Assembly (NCBI RefSeq): GCF_018977255.1
Contig: NW_024704743.1
Coordinates: forward strand, 22,260,001-22,324,000
DNA: 64,000 nucleotides
DNA from: Callorhinchus milii
Taxonomy: Eukaryota
Reading direction: 5' to 3'
Below, one piece after another: positions 35,966-47,530 of the stretch. The notes beneath the pieces were generated by a model. It did no database searches, was not told where the DNA came from, and saw only the letters and a list, made by a program, of their open reading frames with translations. The position numbers and the translations under genes are program-made. Each line of letters starts with the position of its first letter. Positions within the stretch are counted from its first letter, which is position 1.

Positions 35966-37639
35966 TAACTATAACTCAATGGCTTACGTTCTGTCTTGTC
36001 CAATTTCTGTCACTCAGTTCAGCTTTCGATATTTTTGGAAGAAGGCATTAAGCAATATTGAGTGTGACTGATGTGGAGTCCACAAGAGATAAAGCCAGTC
36101 ATGTAACCAGGTGGAATGGAAGGGTGTTGGAAAACTCATCTATTCATCCTTACACTGAGCCGTTCTTTTGGAGTAAAATTATGCAGTACTCGAAACTAAA
36201 GCCCATTTATGACTGGAGGGAATTATTCACTTTGTGTTTGTTCTCTGCACATGTTCAATAATGTGCACAGTTTGTTATGTCAGAAACATTTTGAAAACGA
36301 TGATCCTTCCCCAAAATTATAACTAGCTTCAACAAACACAAGGTTTTGAGTTTGGTGGTGGGGTGGGGGGGGGGGGGTCGGAGGAGAGAGAGAGAAAAAG
36401 GAAAGCCGGGTGTCTGACACAAAGAGAAACCCACCATCGTGCTTAAGAGTATCCAAACCAAGCTCTGGTGAAAGGCTGCACAGAAATGTGTGCAGTATAA
36501 ACACTGCACTCCATAAATTGTATGCGGAGCAGCAAAGCAGTCCGTGTACTGCTGTATAACTCACATCCCAGGAATTGCAGGTCATTCGCACTGGCACTCG
36601 GGGATGTGTAAGTGATTTTATAGTGATAACCAAAAGTAGGTTACAATCCCTCTGCAACCTATCCACACCCCACCCGCCCACATGCGCACACATGTGCATG
36701 CTCACATGCACACTCATACACACATGCACACACACCAGTGAGATTGAGTTTTGAGCGTACAAATTAGAAATATCAAATAAAGAACAAGCAGTGAAAAAAG
36801 CAATCTGAAGATGCTCGGATAACTCCAACTCGATGACAGATAATGAAACTGCTGGTTTCTTTCTTAAGCTAAGGCACAAACTAATAATGCAAATAGCAAT
36901 TTACGCTATCAGATTGGTTACTGAGTGAGCCAAGAAGACTCACTCAATAACGGTTCCAGCAGCTAAGCAGAAAGGTGGTACGTAGGAGTTGACGCTAATA
37001 CGATTTTACAATCCTATTCTTTTGCATTCTTGTCTCAGAAAAGGTGTAAAAATCTACTTAAATTTGCTGTCTACATTTTTGCTAATAAAAAAGTGCTAAA
37101 AATTCGCGTAAAGTAAGCTCTTTAGGGTATCGTAAACCAAGCAATATATTTTGTCACCTGAAGAATATAAACACTTTTTAAAAAGGTCTGCAATGAAAAA
37201 GTGATTTGCTTGCGACTCGGTCACACAAACACAGTCATTGCGCTTTAAAGTATATCCTGTGAAGTGATTTGGGACATCCTCTTGACATAAAAAACACTCG
37301 CTCTAAGGATTATTATCATTATAGGGTTTGCAGCCTGAGACAAGTCAAAATAGTGGGCCAGTAATGATCCAGATCCTCGTAGCAAGGCACACAATAATTG
37401 TGCCAAATGCGTTCTATTCATGAAGTGCCAAGCCACAATAACCACATCGATCATGAAGGGCTCCCTCAGCTGTGGGGAGAATGAGGGATGTGAGGGTCAG
37501 TAAACCGTAACAGCACATCTTTCCTATAACATCAAAGTACACCGTTCCATCTCCTGAATTAAAAAAATAAAAGGGGTGGCGAGGGGAATAGCACTCGCAA
37601 AGGTAAGTACGCAAAAAACGTCACCAAATGAGAAATGTC

Positions 37640-37865
37640 TGTCAGAAATAATAACGTATAACAGGAATCCTACAAAAGTTCAGCAGGTCAATCAGCACCT
37701 GAAAGATGAAACGTTAGGTTGGCATTTTGTGTGCCGGGCTGATGAAAGTTGCGTTTCAAGGGTGAAACCGTGAACCTATTTGTCTCTTTCAGATGCTGTG
37801 CCTGTTGGCCATTCGGCACTTTCTGTTTTTATTTCACCATTTGCGGCGTTCAGAGTTTTATTTTC
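37640..37865. mobile_element. Penelope-like inverted-repeat remnant with a degenerate hammerhead core
   Basis: Inverted arms cagcaggtcaatcagcacctgaaaga and tctttcagatgctgtgcctgttg; CTGATGA at 37739 and GAAAC at 37764; related to the copy at 50740. Confidence 0.5.
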
Positions 37866-38844
37866 TTATCAGAAAAACCGAGACAATAACTGGGCAAGAT
37901 TTCTCCTTACCGCAAGGTGCAATTAGTCTGCTTTCACTGTTGTTTGTTGTCAAGAGGACCGAGCAAACAAATTAGCATACACTGTGCTGAGAAACCGGCT
38001 CAATTCAGAAGAGGCTTCAAAGCAATTAAACTGGTAATTGGGCATCTATCTCCAGTCATATTCAGGGCTTCTGCTTATTTATCAAGTATGGAGTGCAGCA
38101 AATCAACTTAAATTGCAAAGCTTCACAGTGCCATTAAAATAAAACACTCCATTCTGAAATGAGACTTTTCATTGTCAACAACATTTCCTTTGCAACAATT
38201 ATCCAACAATGTGCATTTCAATTCTTCAACTTTTGCTGCTCATTGATCATCTGGACAGGGGGCAGTTACTTTGTTAGAAGATTCGCCAACAAAATACACA
38301 GTCACTACACTTCGCAAAATATTCTGTGAAGCGCTTTGAGAAGTCTCAACAACATGAGAAGGCGCTATAATTTTGTTGCTGTGTATCAAATGCAAGGATT
38401 ATTATCATACATTGCATAGAAAGAAGAACAAAACGGCAGAAAACCAACATGTACAGGGAACTGGCATGGGAGTCGGGCTAAATAGACAGCTCTCACATAG
38501 AAACAGCACAGGCACGATGGGTCAAACAGCTTTCTTGTGTTGAAAACCTCTCCAAATTTCAGACACTGTTTGGTCTCGCGCTTAATATATTTAAAGTCCC
38601 TCACCTTGCAGTTTGTGGCCTGTTTGTGCTCAAACCATAACTGACAAGACGGGATCGTTGATCCAACACCATGGGAAGAAATCCTTAATGGTTGACCAAT
38701 TCTCCAGTAGTCGCTCAAACCAGAGCTTCCTGTTGCAGGATCTTGTACTGCAGGAAGGAGAGAGATTAGCAACTGGTATCTCCAGATTCTGGAGAATGAT
38801 CATCAGAGCCTCCGTCATTCATCAATAACTTTATCCTCGGATGC

Positions 38845-39395
38845 GGGGAGGTAAGCGGAGTCTCTTTGGAGCTGAACTGACAGCCGAATGTTGGAATCGA
38901 GCCGGCCCTCTGTGGCAGTCGAGGTCGTCCGTTTCCTGAGCCAGGAGGGGCCGCAGTATTCCAGGGCACTGCTGCTGACAGCACATTGACTAATTAGCAG
39001 GATCTGGGAGGGCAGACCAGTCACTGGGGGCAGGTAGTCATCCCACTCAGTTCCTGTTAACCCTGCAAGCCAAAGCCCTATCGGGTAGGATGGTCCTAGC
39101 TGGACAAGCAGCGGGACAGCTTGCCAGACAGCAATATCAATGCAGCAGTCTTAGCTGGTTAGACTCCAGCAGTACCCCAATGTACACTCTGGGGTCCCCA
39201 AACCTTGGCTCTTGCCAACCTGCGCTTATTAATTTCCAGAATTAGGTAAGCGGGATGTGTTCCTCCAGGGAGAGAGTGCGCATTCCATTCCATCTATCTC
39301 TGGGATTTCCATAGGATATGTGGAAATCTCAGCTTGGATTGGATAATCTTAAGCATGGTGATAGGTTTCCGCATGTGTCTCGCCACCCGGCTGAC
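38845..39395 (+). repeat. Unclassified ~550 bp dispersed repeat, copy 2
   Basis: Aligns with 23905-24460. Confidence 0.85.
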
Positions 39396-39831
39396 CAAAA
39401 TTATAATTTTTTTTTAAGAAATCAGTCTTTGGGCTCTATCTCTCTATGTAGTACCCTGAGCAAACCTACAGTGTTTTGCCCACAAAATACGCAGTCAATC
39501 CACTTTACAATCTATTCTGTGAAGGTGTCTCAACAACATGATAAGCCACTATATCAAATGCAAGTATTATTATATCACAGCTGCAGCAACCAAAGACCTT
39601 GAGCTTCTCACAGAAGTTCTCGAAAGCTGTGAAACAAGCCATTTGTGGATGAACCAATACGTTTCTTGAACAGAGCTCTCACACTCACTCCACCACTCTC
39701 CGATAAGTCCCTCTGGAGTCTCAAAACATTTTTCGAATTACTTATTTAAAAACCCATGCAAGTAGCAGCACGGAAGAGAGGGGTGTGTGTGGGGGAAAGG
39801 AATAAAGGTTCAGTGAATTTGTGGCCTGAAG

Positions 39832-39990
39832 GAAAAGCGAGAGACCTGGGTTCGATTCCTGGCAGCGTGAACCTTGGGCAACATTCCTTACTCCACGTCT
39901 AATAATAATCCCTCCAAAACAAAACAATAATTTGATCATTTTCAATCCATGACTGTTTGTGGGACACTGCTGTGCGCAATTGGCTGCGCT
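39832..39990 (+). mobile_element. Young SINE family, internal fragment
   Basis: gcgagagacctgggttcgattcctggcag...ctgtgcgcaattggctgc. Confidence 0.8.
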
Positions 39991-41427
39991 CACTTAGAAT
40001 AGCTATAAAATGCACCCTAATGCTCCTGCGCTTTCCCATAATGTTGGCAGTAATTAAAAGAGAAAGCTGCAAAGTGCCTACCTGGAGTTGTGGAGATAAC
40101 ACATTTTGCTCTTCTTTGGCCTATTTAGGGGTTTTCCAATGTAAAAATGTTAAATTGCAAAAGCTGTTCTAGTGTTTGGCAAGCCCAAAACAATCCCGCT
40201 CAGGTTAAAAGTATATTGGCTATAAGAAACCTTGGGTAGAAAACATTTTCCAGGACTCAAAGGGGTGTTTATTCCAAAAGCCATCAATAGGGTCAGTTTC
40301 CAGTCAATAACATGTTCCGTAATTATCACCAGTGACAAATAAGGAACCAATCAGGTTTAGGTGCTGGTCCGATCCCGTGTTAAAAAAAAATGTCTTCTGG
40401 GTCATGTTTTTGCAGGTTTTTTGTTTAATAGTGAAAATGGGCAATGTCTAGATCAATGTCACTTACCTTAGTAAAAAGCTGGAGGTGACTTTGAGGTGAT
40501 CTGATGACATTAAACTTGACCATTTTACTGCAAAAAGCCAGCCAATAAGCGAGCCGGCTGCTCACATGCGCAATGAACAGGGTCCATAATGCAACAACAG
40601 CATTTGCAATAGGATGAAGCCGAATATAACAGGGCTGAACTGTACAACTTGGATGCAAAATTAAGGATTAAAAATGTGAGCGAAATGGATAAACTCGAGG
40701 GGGACCTCATGAACAAAGGGACTGAGGGTCCAGCAAACACATCACTCAAAAAAACTTTCCAGATGTAGTCAGCTATAAACCAAACTTATGATTCATAGAA
40801 AGAGGTCCAGAATACAAAAAAAGAATTACTGTCACAGTTACGCAAGGCACTGGTGAGTCCACACTTGGGAGTATGCGGGGGGAGGAAGAGATGATGACTA
40901 AACTATTATTTAGCAATATTGGTATCAACAAAGCCAAAGAGAGGTCTTCACTGAAGAGGAGCACGCTCGATGCTCTTGTAAACGTGGCACTCTATTGGCA
41001 ATCGTTACATAATCTTGAAATTAGGGCAAAGCCTGGTTCGATGTCAGACCCCAAAAAAGACAGTTAGAAGTGCTTTCATAAAGTGTTGTGGAGGAACAAA
41101 TGTGTAATATACCGAAGACTATATAGGCAGAAACAATATTAGGATATTAAAAAAGGAAGATACTTGGGGAATAAGGATATTAATCCATTTGATATGAAAA
41201 GCATTATATCAAATACAAGGATTTTTATAATTATTATTATTAATAAAGAGAATGAAGAAAAGGCAGAAAATTGGGATTAAAAGATCTGCTGTGATCTAAT
41301 AAACTGGTGGAGAAGACACAATGTGGTAAACAGCTTCTTCCTTGTTCCCAGCTTTACAAGATGCAGTTAGAAACTCTTGCTGTAAACTATGTAGTAATCT
41401 GCTGATGGGCCAGGCCCTGTTCATAGT

Positions 41428-41441
41428 GTTACTATGGCAAT
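41428..41441. promoter_or_regulatory. RFX X-box-like motif GTTACTATGGCAAT
   Basis: Near-consensus palindromic X-box. Function is untested. Confidence 0.3.
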
Positions 41442-41524
41442 GCTTTCTGACAAATTCTAGTGGTTAACTTTTTGGATACTTGGCTACAATACCTTTTACA
41501 TCGTATTCAAAAACCATTATTTTT

Positions 41525-41736
41525 GGAATCGTGCAATGGGAACTTCATAGTTCATCTGCACAGGCAAACTGAAATCTCGGTTTAATATCTTTAGCTGAAG
41601 GATGGCATCTCCAACGATGCATCACGCCCCCAGCACTGCATTGGAGTGTCAGCCTGGACTGTGAGTTCACAGTCCAAAGTCCTGATGTGAAGAACCTTCT
41701 GACTCAGAGGTGAGAGTGCTACCGACTGAGCCAGGC
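41525..41736 (-). mobile_element. Older SINE 5' half
   Basis: aaccttctgactcagaggtgagagtgctaccgactgagccaggc is the reverse of the head at 1733 and 50075. Confidence 0.75.
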
Positions 41737-43129
41737 AGGCAAATTCTAGTGGTGAACTTCTTGGGTACTTAGCTACAATACCTTTTTGCATCACAATATC
41801 ACCCAAAAACCAATAACCACATTCTCAGTCTTTGTGGAAAGTGTTTCACACAACAGCACTGTATTAGGAACCTGGTTTGTTGGTGTGGTGCAGAAAAAGT
41901 CCATGATTTAATACATTACTGGGGAAAATATCTCACCAACATTACAACTTTAGCTTCTCCAGGTCAAGAACATCAATCTAGGATTTTGTGGGCGGCATCA
42001 TTAAAAAAAAGCGCAAATTCATTTTTAAAACGTCGCCAAACTTCTATTGTAGAACCCCTCAATCACTATACAAATCTGTACAGCAAATGCTATATGTGAT
42101 ATGTGTTACAATGCTGATTTTTTTTTAAACTTGCCTATGGGCAATTTGAGCACGAGTTCTTACCTCGTCTCTGATAGCCACATGCATTTGAACAATATTT
42201 ACCTTAACATCTGGGGCACTTCATTCCTCGCTATACCTGAGGGTGCAGACACCCAAATTACAGTGTTCCCATTGCCATGCTAAAAGCACTTTAGAATTAA
42301 ACGCAGACATCAGGAAAGAAACGAGAAATAAGAACATCCACAAGCTTTTAAACATGCTCCTAAGAGCTCCACAGACAAAGTTCATTTCTCACAATTGTCT
42401 GCACTCCAAACTGCGTGCAATAGGAAATTAAAAAAACAAGCCTCCCACTCCCTCCCCCATTCCAGGCACATGCTCAAATTTGCAGTGTTTCAACTCAAAC
42501 GAAACACTTATCTTATTTGCACTTGTAATTCACAATATCTTTTTCAGGCATCTCATTTGAAGCAGCTCATTTGAAGCAGCTTGCCTACTCTCTCTCTACT
42601 GTCACACCGCATTGGCTTTCCAGTGGCAGGTTTCAATCAGCCAACTGGAAGGAACTGTCCGACCATGCAGATAATGGGGTGAAACGCCATCTATCAAACG
42701 CTCAGTGCTCTCTCAACAGGAGGTTCGAATGACTGATGTTGATTAACCCCACACCACAGTGTATATGCACCGTGACATCCTAGGAGCAGTTCTTCATTTC
42801 CTCCCCCACTCCCTTCCCAAACTCCATTCCCCACCTCCACCCGCCACTGAGAATCAGATGCCTTTTTGTTCTCTTCGCTTTTTTCATTTCCGACGTTGCT
42901 GTTTTGTGCAATGTTAAACCAAGAAGGCAAACCGCAGCCTGACTTCTGTTCAGTACTGGACAGCAACTCTCATCATACACAGACCCAAACTGGAAAAGCT
43001 CGATCTGTTCCTGCCCATCATTTGTTTTAAATCATTCCCAATAGTTTTTGCTGCCCTGTAACAACCGTCATTGTCTTCAGAGTATAAATTTCCCAGAAAC
43101 ATGGAGAAAGGGCAGAAAACAAAATATAC

Positions 43130-43548
43130 AGTATGTGGAGAGACTAGAGAAGATGGAATTGTTCTCCTTAGAGCAGAGAAGGTTAAGGGGAGATTTAACA
43201 GAGGTGTTTTGATAGGGTAGATAGGGAGAAACTGTTTCCACTGGCAGGTGGGTTGGTAACCAGGGGACATAGATTTAAGATAATTGGCAAAAGAACCAGA
43301 GGGGAGATAAGGAGAATTTTTTTTAATTTTTAATTTTTTTTACACAGAGAGTTGTTTTGGTCTGGAATATGTTGCTTGAAAGGGTGGTGGAAGCAGATTC
43401 GATAGTAGTTTTCAAAAAAGAATTGGATAGGTACTTGAAAAGGAAAACATGGGGAAACAGCAGGGGGAGTGGGACTGATTGGGTAGCTCTTCCACAGGCA
43501 CGATGGGCCGAATGGCCTCCTCAATGCAGTAATATTCTATGATTCTAT
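43130..43548 (+). mobile_element. CR1 LINE 3' fragment
   Basis: ttgttctccttagagcagagaaggttaaggggagat...gatgggccgaatggcctcct...attctatgattctat tail. Confidence 0.85.
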
Positions 43549-44108
43549 CTGCACGTGTTACCCACTAGCAGGTAAAATAATTCAGCTTTCTTCCATCTCC
43601 AGTTTCAACACCTTGAAAGGCTGATTAAGATGTGTAGCTGCACATCCTATTCAGCCTTTCAAGCAGATAGCAACTAACTGCACAGTGTCGGTGTGGGTGT
43701 GTCAATGGGGATACCCACTGGGCCATGTTAACAGCTCATCCCAGCGAGCAGAAAGAAGCTAGGCACTTCCACACGATGAATGAATGCAAACCTGGAGAAT
43801 CATCCTTCCAGATTGTGTTTGTGCAGCAACTGGGGGCAGGTCTCCAGCCTGCATAAGGATAAATTGCAACAGAAGGCGATCGACAGAAACAGGAAGGGAA
43901 AGAAATCTCACTCGCAACACCGCCCCCGACACCAACACTACAACCACTACAACTGGAGAAAATCAGAGGACGTGGATTTATTTCCGTAAACAAGATTTGC
44001 TATCACAGGAGGGGGGCAGATGACGGGAAGTCTCCCCCATTGAGGCGGCTACAGCAGGTGACAGCTGATAATGGTCTGAACATTTGGAGAACATTAAGGA
44101 GTACTTAC

Positions 44109-44217
44109 GGAGTTCTCCCACTCGGAGGATCTCACACAGCATTCTCGTGAGCTCGATGCTGCTGCGGCCGAATGGGCACTCGTGCTTGTCCTCGCGGCTG
44201 CTGTTTTCCAGAACAAT
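44109..44217 (-). CDS. ELMO1: ELMO1 internal coding exon, [36 protein letters not shown]+C (phase 0/1)
   Basis: Read manually because it is not in the ORF-track frame. Acceptor ...cccttctag|ATT and donor CTC C|gtaagt; 109 nt. Confidence 0.96.
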
Positions 44218-44399
44218 CTAGAAGGGATCCCAAAGGGGAGTAAGAAAAAAAAATCAATTATGGTAAAACCAAACCGCATTAAGTCAGTAAAGCAGTGTTA
44301 GTTAGTCAGCAGGGAAGCTCTTTGTGTGGTTCAACTGGTTTTATTAGTTGCAAAGTGGAGGATATGGCCCATGCACAAAGGAGGATATGCCTCAATGAA

Positions 44400-44550
44400 A
44401 TATAGGAACAGGAAGAGGCCGTTCAGCCCCTCGAGCCTGCTCCACCATTCTATTAGATCATGGATGATCTGTACCTCAACTCCATTTACTCGCCTTTTTT
44501 CCACACTGATATACTTACCTAACAAATATCTATCCACCTCAGACTTGAAA
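44400..44550 (-). mobile_element. CR1 LINE 3' end
   Basis: ataggaacaggaagaggccgttcagcccctcgagcctgctcc. Confidence 0.75.
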
Positions 44551-45221
44551 ACACTCATCCTGTGTGCACATGGCATGTGTGCACAAGATGAGGAAATGGC
44601 CCATGCATACAGGAGGAGATTGTGGCACATACACAGGTTAGCGCCGAAATAGTTAATGTACAAGCAGTTTGCAAGAATCTGACACTAACTCACTGAACAC
44701 AGTGACAAGATGGAAACATCTTCTACAAGCTCACGCTTGGTTTCATTATCCGACTTAATCTGTGTGGTCATGGAATGAGTTTTCAAACTCCGTTCTTCTC
44801 CCCCTTGGGAAGCACCTACACTCACAGCTGGTGCTTTCTTGCAATCCCTGTTGAACCGAGCAGCATCTTTCTCCCCATTGAACAAGATGCTCATGTAATC
44901 CTGGACATGTTCTGTCAGCTCCCGAGCATCGCTCAACAAGGCAATCAACGCAATGTACCACATACTTCCCCTTTCATCAAGAACAGCAAATGCATTTTAA
45001 AGCCTTCCTACAACACCAATTCCGTTTCAGATCAATCTGTGTCACCTTTGTGAATCGCGTGCACCAAAATAAAACTATCACAAAACTATTGCCGGATTTG
45101 TGCTCTTGTGAAGGTTTTGATTAGTACAACCTATGCACATTACAGAACTCATTACTTGCAATGAAAAAAATTCACAATTGAAAATAAGAGGTTCAGAATT
45201 TCCCCCAATGATTGTGTGAGT

Positions 45222-45385
45222 AATAATAATAATAATAATAATAATCCTTGCATTTGATATAGCGCTTTTCACGTCGGAAGGACGTCCCAAAGCGCTTCAC
45301 AGAACACACTGTAAAGTGAATTGACTGTAAATTTGTGGGCGAACGCGGCAGCCAATTGCGCACAGCAATGTCCCACAAACAGTCA
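45222..45385 (-). mobile_element. Young SINE 3' half, abutting a short L2 3' tail (45385-45460)
   Basis: (aat)n tail and Deu-like core, then (caa)n-gatttcatttatagagcgcc. Confidence 0.85.
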
Positions 45386-45475
45386 ACAACAACAACAAGA
45401 TTTCATTTATAGAGCGCCTTTCATGTCGGGAGGACGTCCCAAGGCGCTGGACAGTTGGGTCATTTTTTTTGACAG

Positions 45476-46038
45476 TCTGACACATGCGGAAACCCGTCAC
45501 TATGCTTAAGAGTATCCAAACCAAGCTGAGAGTTTCATGCATTCCCACCTACACATGGAAATTCCAGAGATATTTATTGGAATGGAATGCTATCAAAACT
45601 CTCTCCCTGGAGGAACGTATCCTGCTTAGCTAATTCAGTAAAGTATTAGGCGCAGATTGGCAAGAGCCAAGGCTTGGGGTACTGCTGGAGTCTAACCAGC
45701 TAAAACTGTATAGCTTGCTATTGATATTGCTGTCTGGCAAGTTTTCCCGCTGCTTGTCCAACTCGGACCATTCCACCTGGTTGGGCTTTGGCTTCCAGGG
45801 TTAACGGGAGCTGAGTGGGATGACTCCCTGTCCCAGTGACTGGTCTGCTCTTCCAGATCCTGCCAATGAGCCAGGCTGTTCGCGCTGTCATCAGCAGTGC
45901 CCTAGAGTACTGCAGACCCACCTGGCTCAGGAATCAGACTACTGACACCGCCACAGAGGGCTGGCTCGATTTCAAGATTTCCATTGCCAAGTATGTCTCC
46001 TTGGAGCCAGTTCAGATCCAAGGAGATCCCGATTACTG
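45476..46038 (-). repeat. Unclassified ~550 bp dispersed repeat, copy 3 (inverted)
   Basis: Its reverse complement aligns with the copies at 23905 and 38845. Confidence 0.85.
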
Positions 46039-46044
46039 TTTGAC

Positions 46045-46430
46045 AACAAATTACATTTGTGTAGAGCCTTTCACTTCAGGAGGACGTCTCAAAGCGCTGG
46101 ACAGTCAAGACCTTGCTGTGATCAGGAAGGGTGGAGGGAAGGAAGGGGTGCAGGAGGAGGGTGATCGAAGACGCTGTCGAAGAGGAAGGTCTTGAGATGG
46201 GCTTTGAAATAAGCAATGATAAGACACTGCAGGATGGTGTTCTAAATGGTGGGGGAAGAAAGGCTGAAGGCCCGACTGCCATGGTGGGGCGGGCCGGGCA
46301 GGGGATGTGGAGCAGGCCAGAGTCCGCCGAGTGGAGAGCACAAACAGGCCGGTATGGGGTTAGCAGGTCAGAGGTCGGGAGAAGCAAAATGCTGGTGTTG
46401 AGTCAGAGCAACAGTGATGTCAAAGCAATT
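46045..46430 (-). mobile_element. L2-type LINE 3' fragment
   Basis: SDLLTPYRPVCALHSADSGLLHIP resembles the L2 ORF2 C-terminus; an L2 tail lies near 46045. Confidence 0.75.
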
Positions 46431-46856
46431 GGGCTTGTGTCCCTCAGCCAGAGATTAGCGAGAAGGATGAGGAGGAGCGTGGGTGGAAAGCAGCCAGAGG
46501 GTCGCTGATTTTGAATGCTATCCAGGGCATGTGTGTGGAGGCCACTTGTTTACAAAAGATCAGGCAATTGACTACGATGTACTTTGTAAGAAAATAGGCT
46601 GCTGATGCTCGCTCAGTGGGACAGCTCGCGGGCTGGCATGTAAAGAATGACCAAAAAATTATTAGTGCCAGAGAGGAGAGAAATAGAAGGCAGAGAATTG
46701 TGAAATGGAAATAAAAAGTGGGCATACGCAGTGCATCATAATTCTAATGTACTACGTCTGAGGCATAGGAGTCAGAATTCTGTTGTATTCTGAGCTTTCC
46801 TCTTAACAGAGCCATCCCAGACAATCCCTCCAGTGGGTTTAACACTCTATATTGGA

Positions 46857-47530
46857 CTTTATTCGACTTGCACCAAAGTCAGAACCTCTGGAACCAATGA
46901 AGATCATCTACTGGTCAGAATCTTCGGAGCAGTGGGAGACAGCGCCATGTCTGCAATTCCCACACTGAACTCTCCCGCCTTTGCACTGCTTTACCGCAAA
47001 CTCGTCTGCAATTCCATAATCCCAGTCATGGCAAAAGGGAACACAAGAGATCCTTGCTCAGGAATTGGACTGTCAACTTACTGGGCAAAACTGAATAGAT
47101 GTTTGGAAAGCTATTCTTAAATATAAGAACGTAAGAAATAGCAGCAGGAGTAGGCCATTCGGCCCCTGGAGCCTGCCTCGCCATTTAATAAGATCAGGGC
47201 TGATCTTCTAACCTAATTCCGTTTACCCACCCTATCCCCATATCCCATAATCCCTTTAGATTTTAAAAATCTATCGATCTCAGTCTTGAATATGTTCAAT
47301 AACTGAGCAACCACAGCCTTCTGGGGAAAAAAATTACATACATTCACTCCTTTTGAGTGAAGAAATGTTTTCTCAACTCAACAACAAAAGAGTTCTAAAG
47401 GGCTGACCTTTAATCCAAACCTTTATTCGACTTGCACCAAAGTCAGAACCTCTGGAACCAATGAAGATCATTTATTGATCAGAATCTTCAGAGCAGCAGG
47501 AGACAGCGCCATGTCTGCAATTCCCACACT
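46857..47530 (+). repeat. 110-bp direct duplication (46857-46966 and 47421-47530)
   Basis: Direct alignment shows six differences, all transitions. Confidence 0.95.
47123..47415 (-). mobile_element. CR1 LINE 3' end
   Basis: ataagaacgtaagaaatagcagcaggagtaggccattcggcc, the same family as 32507. Confidence 0.85.
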
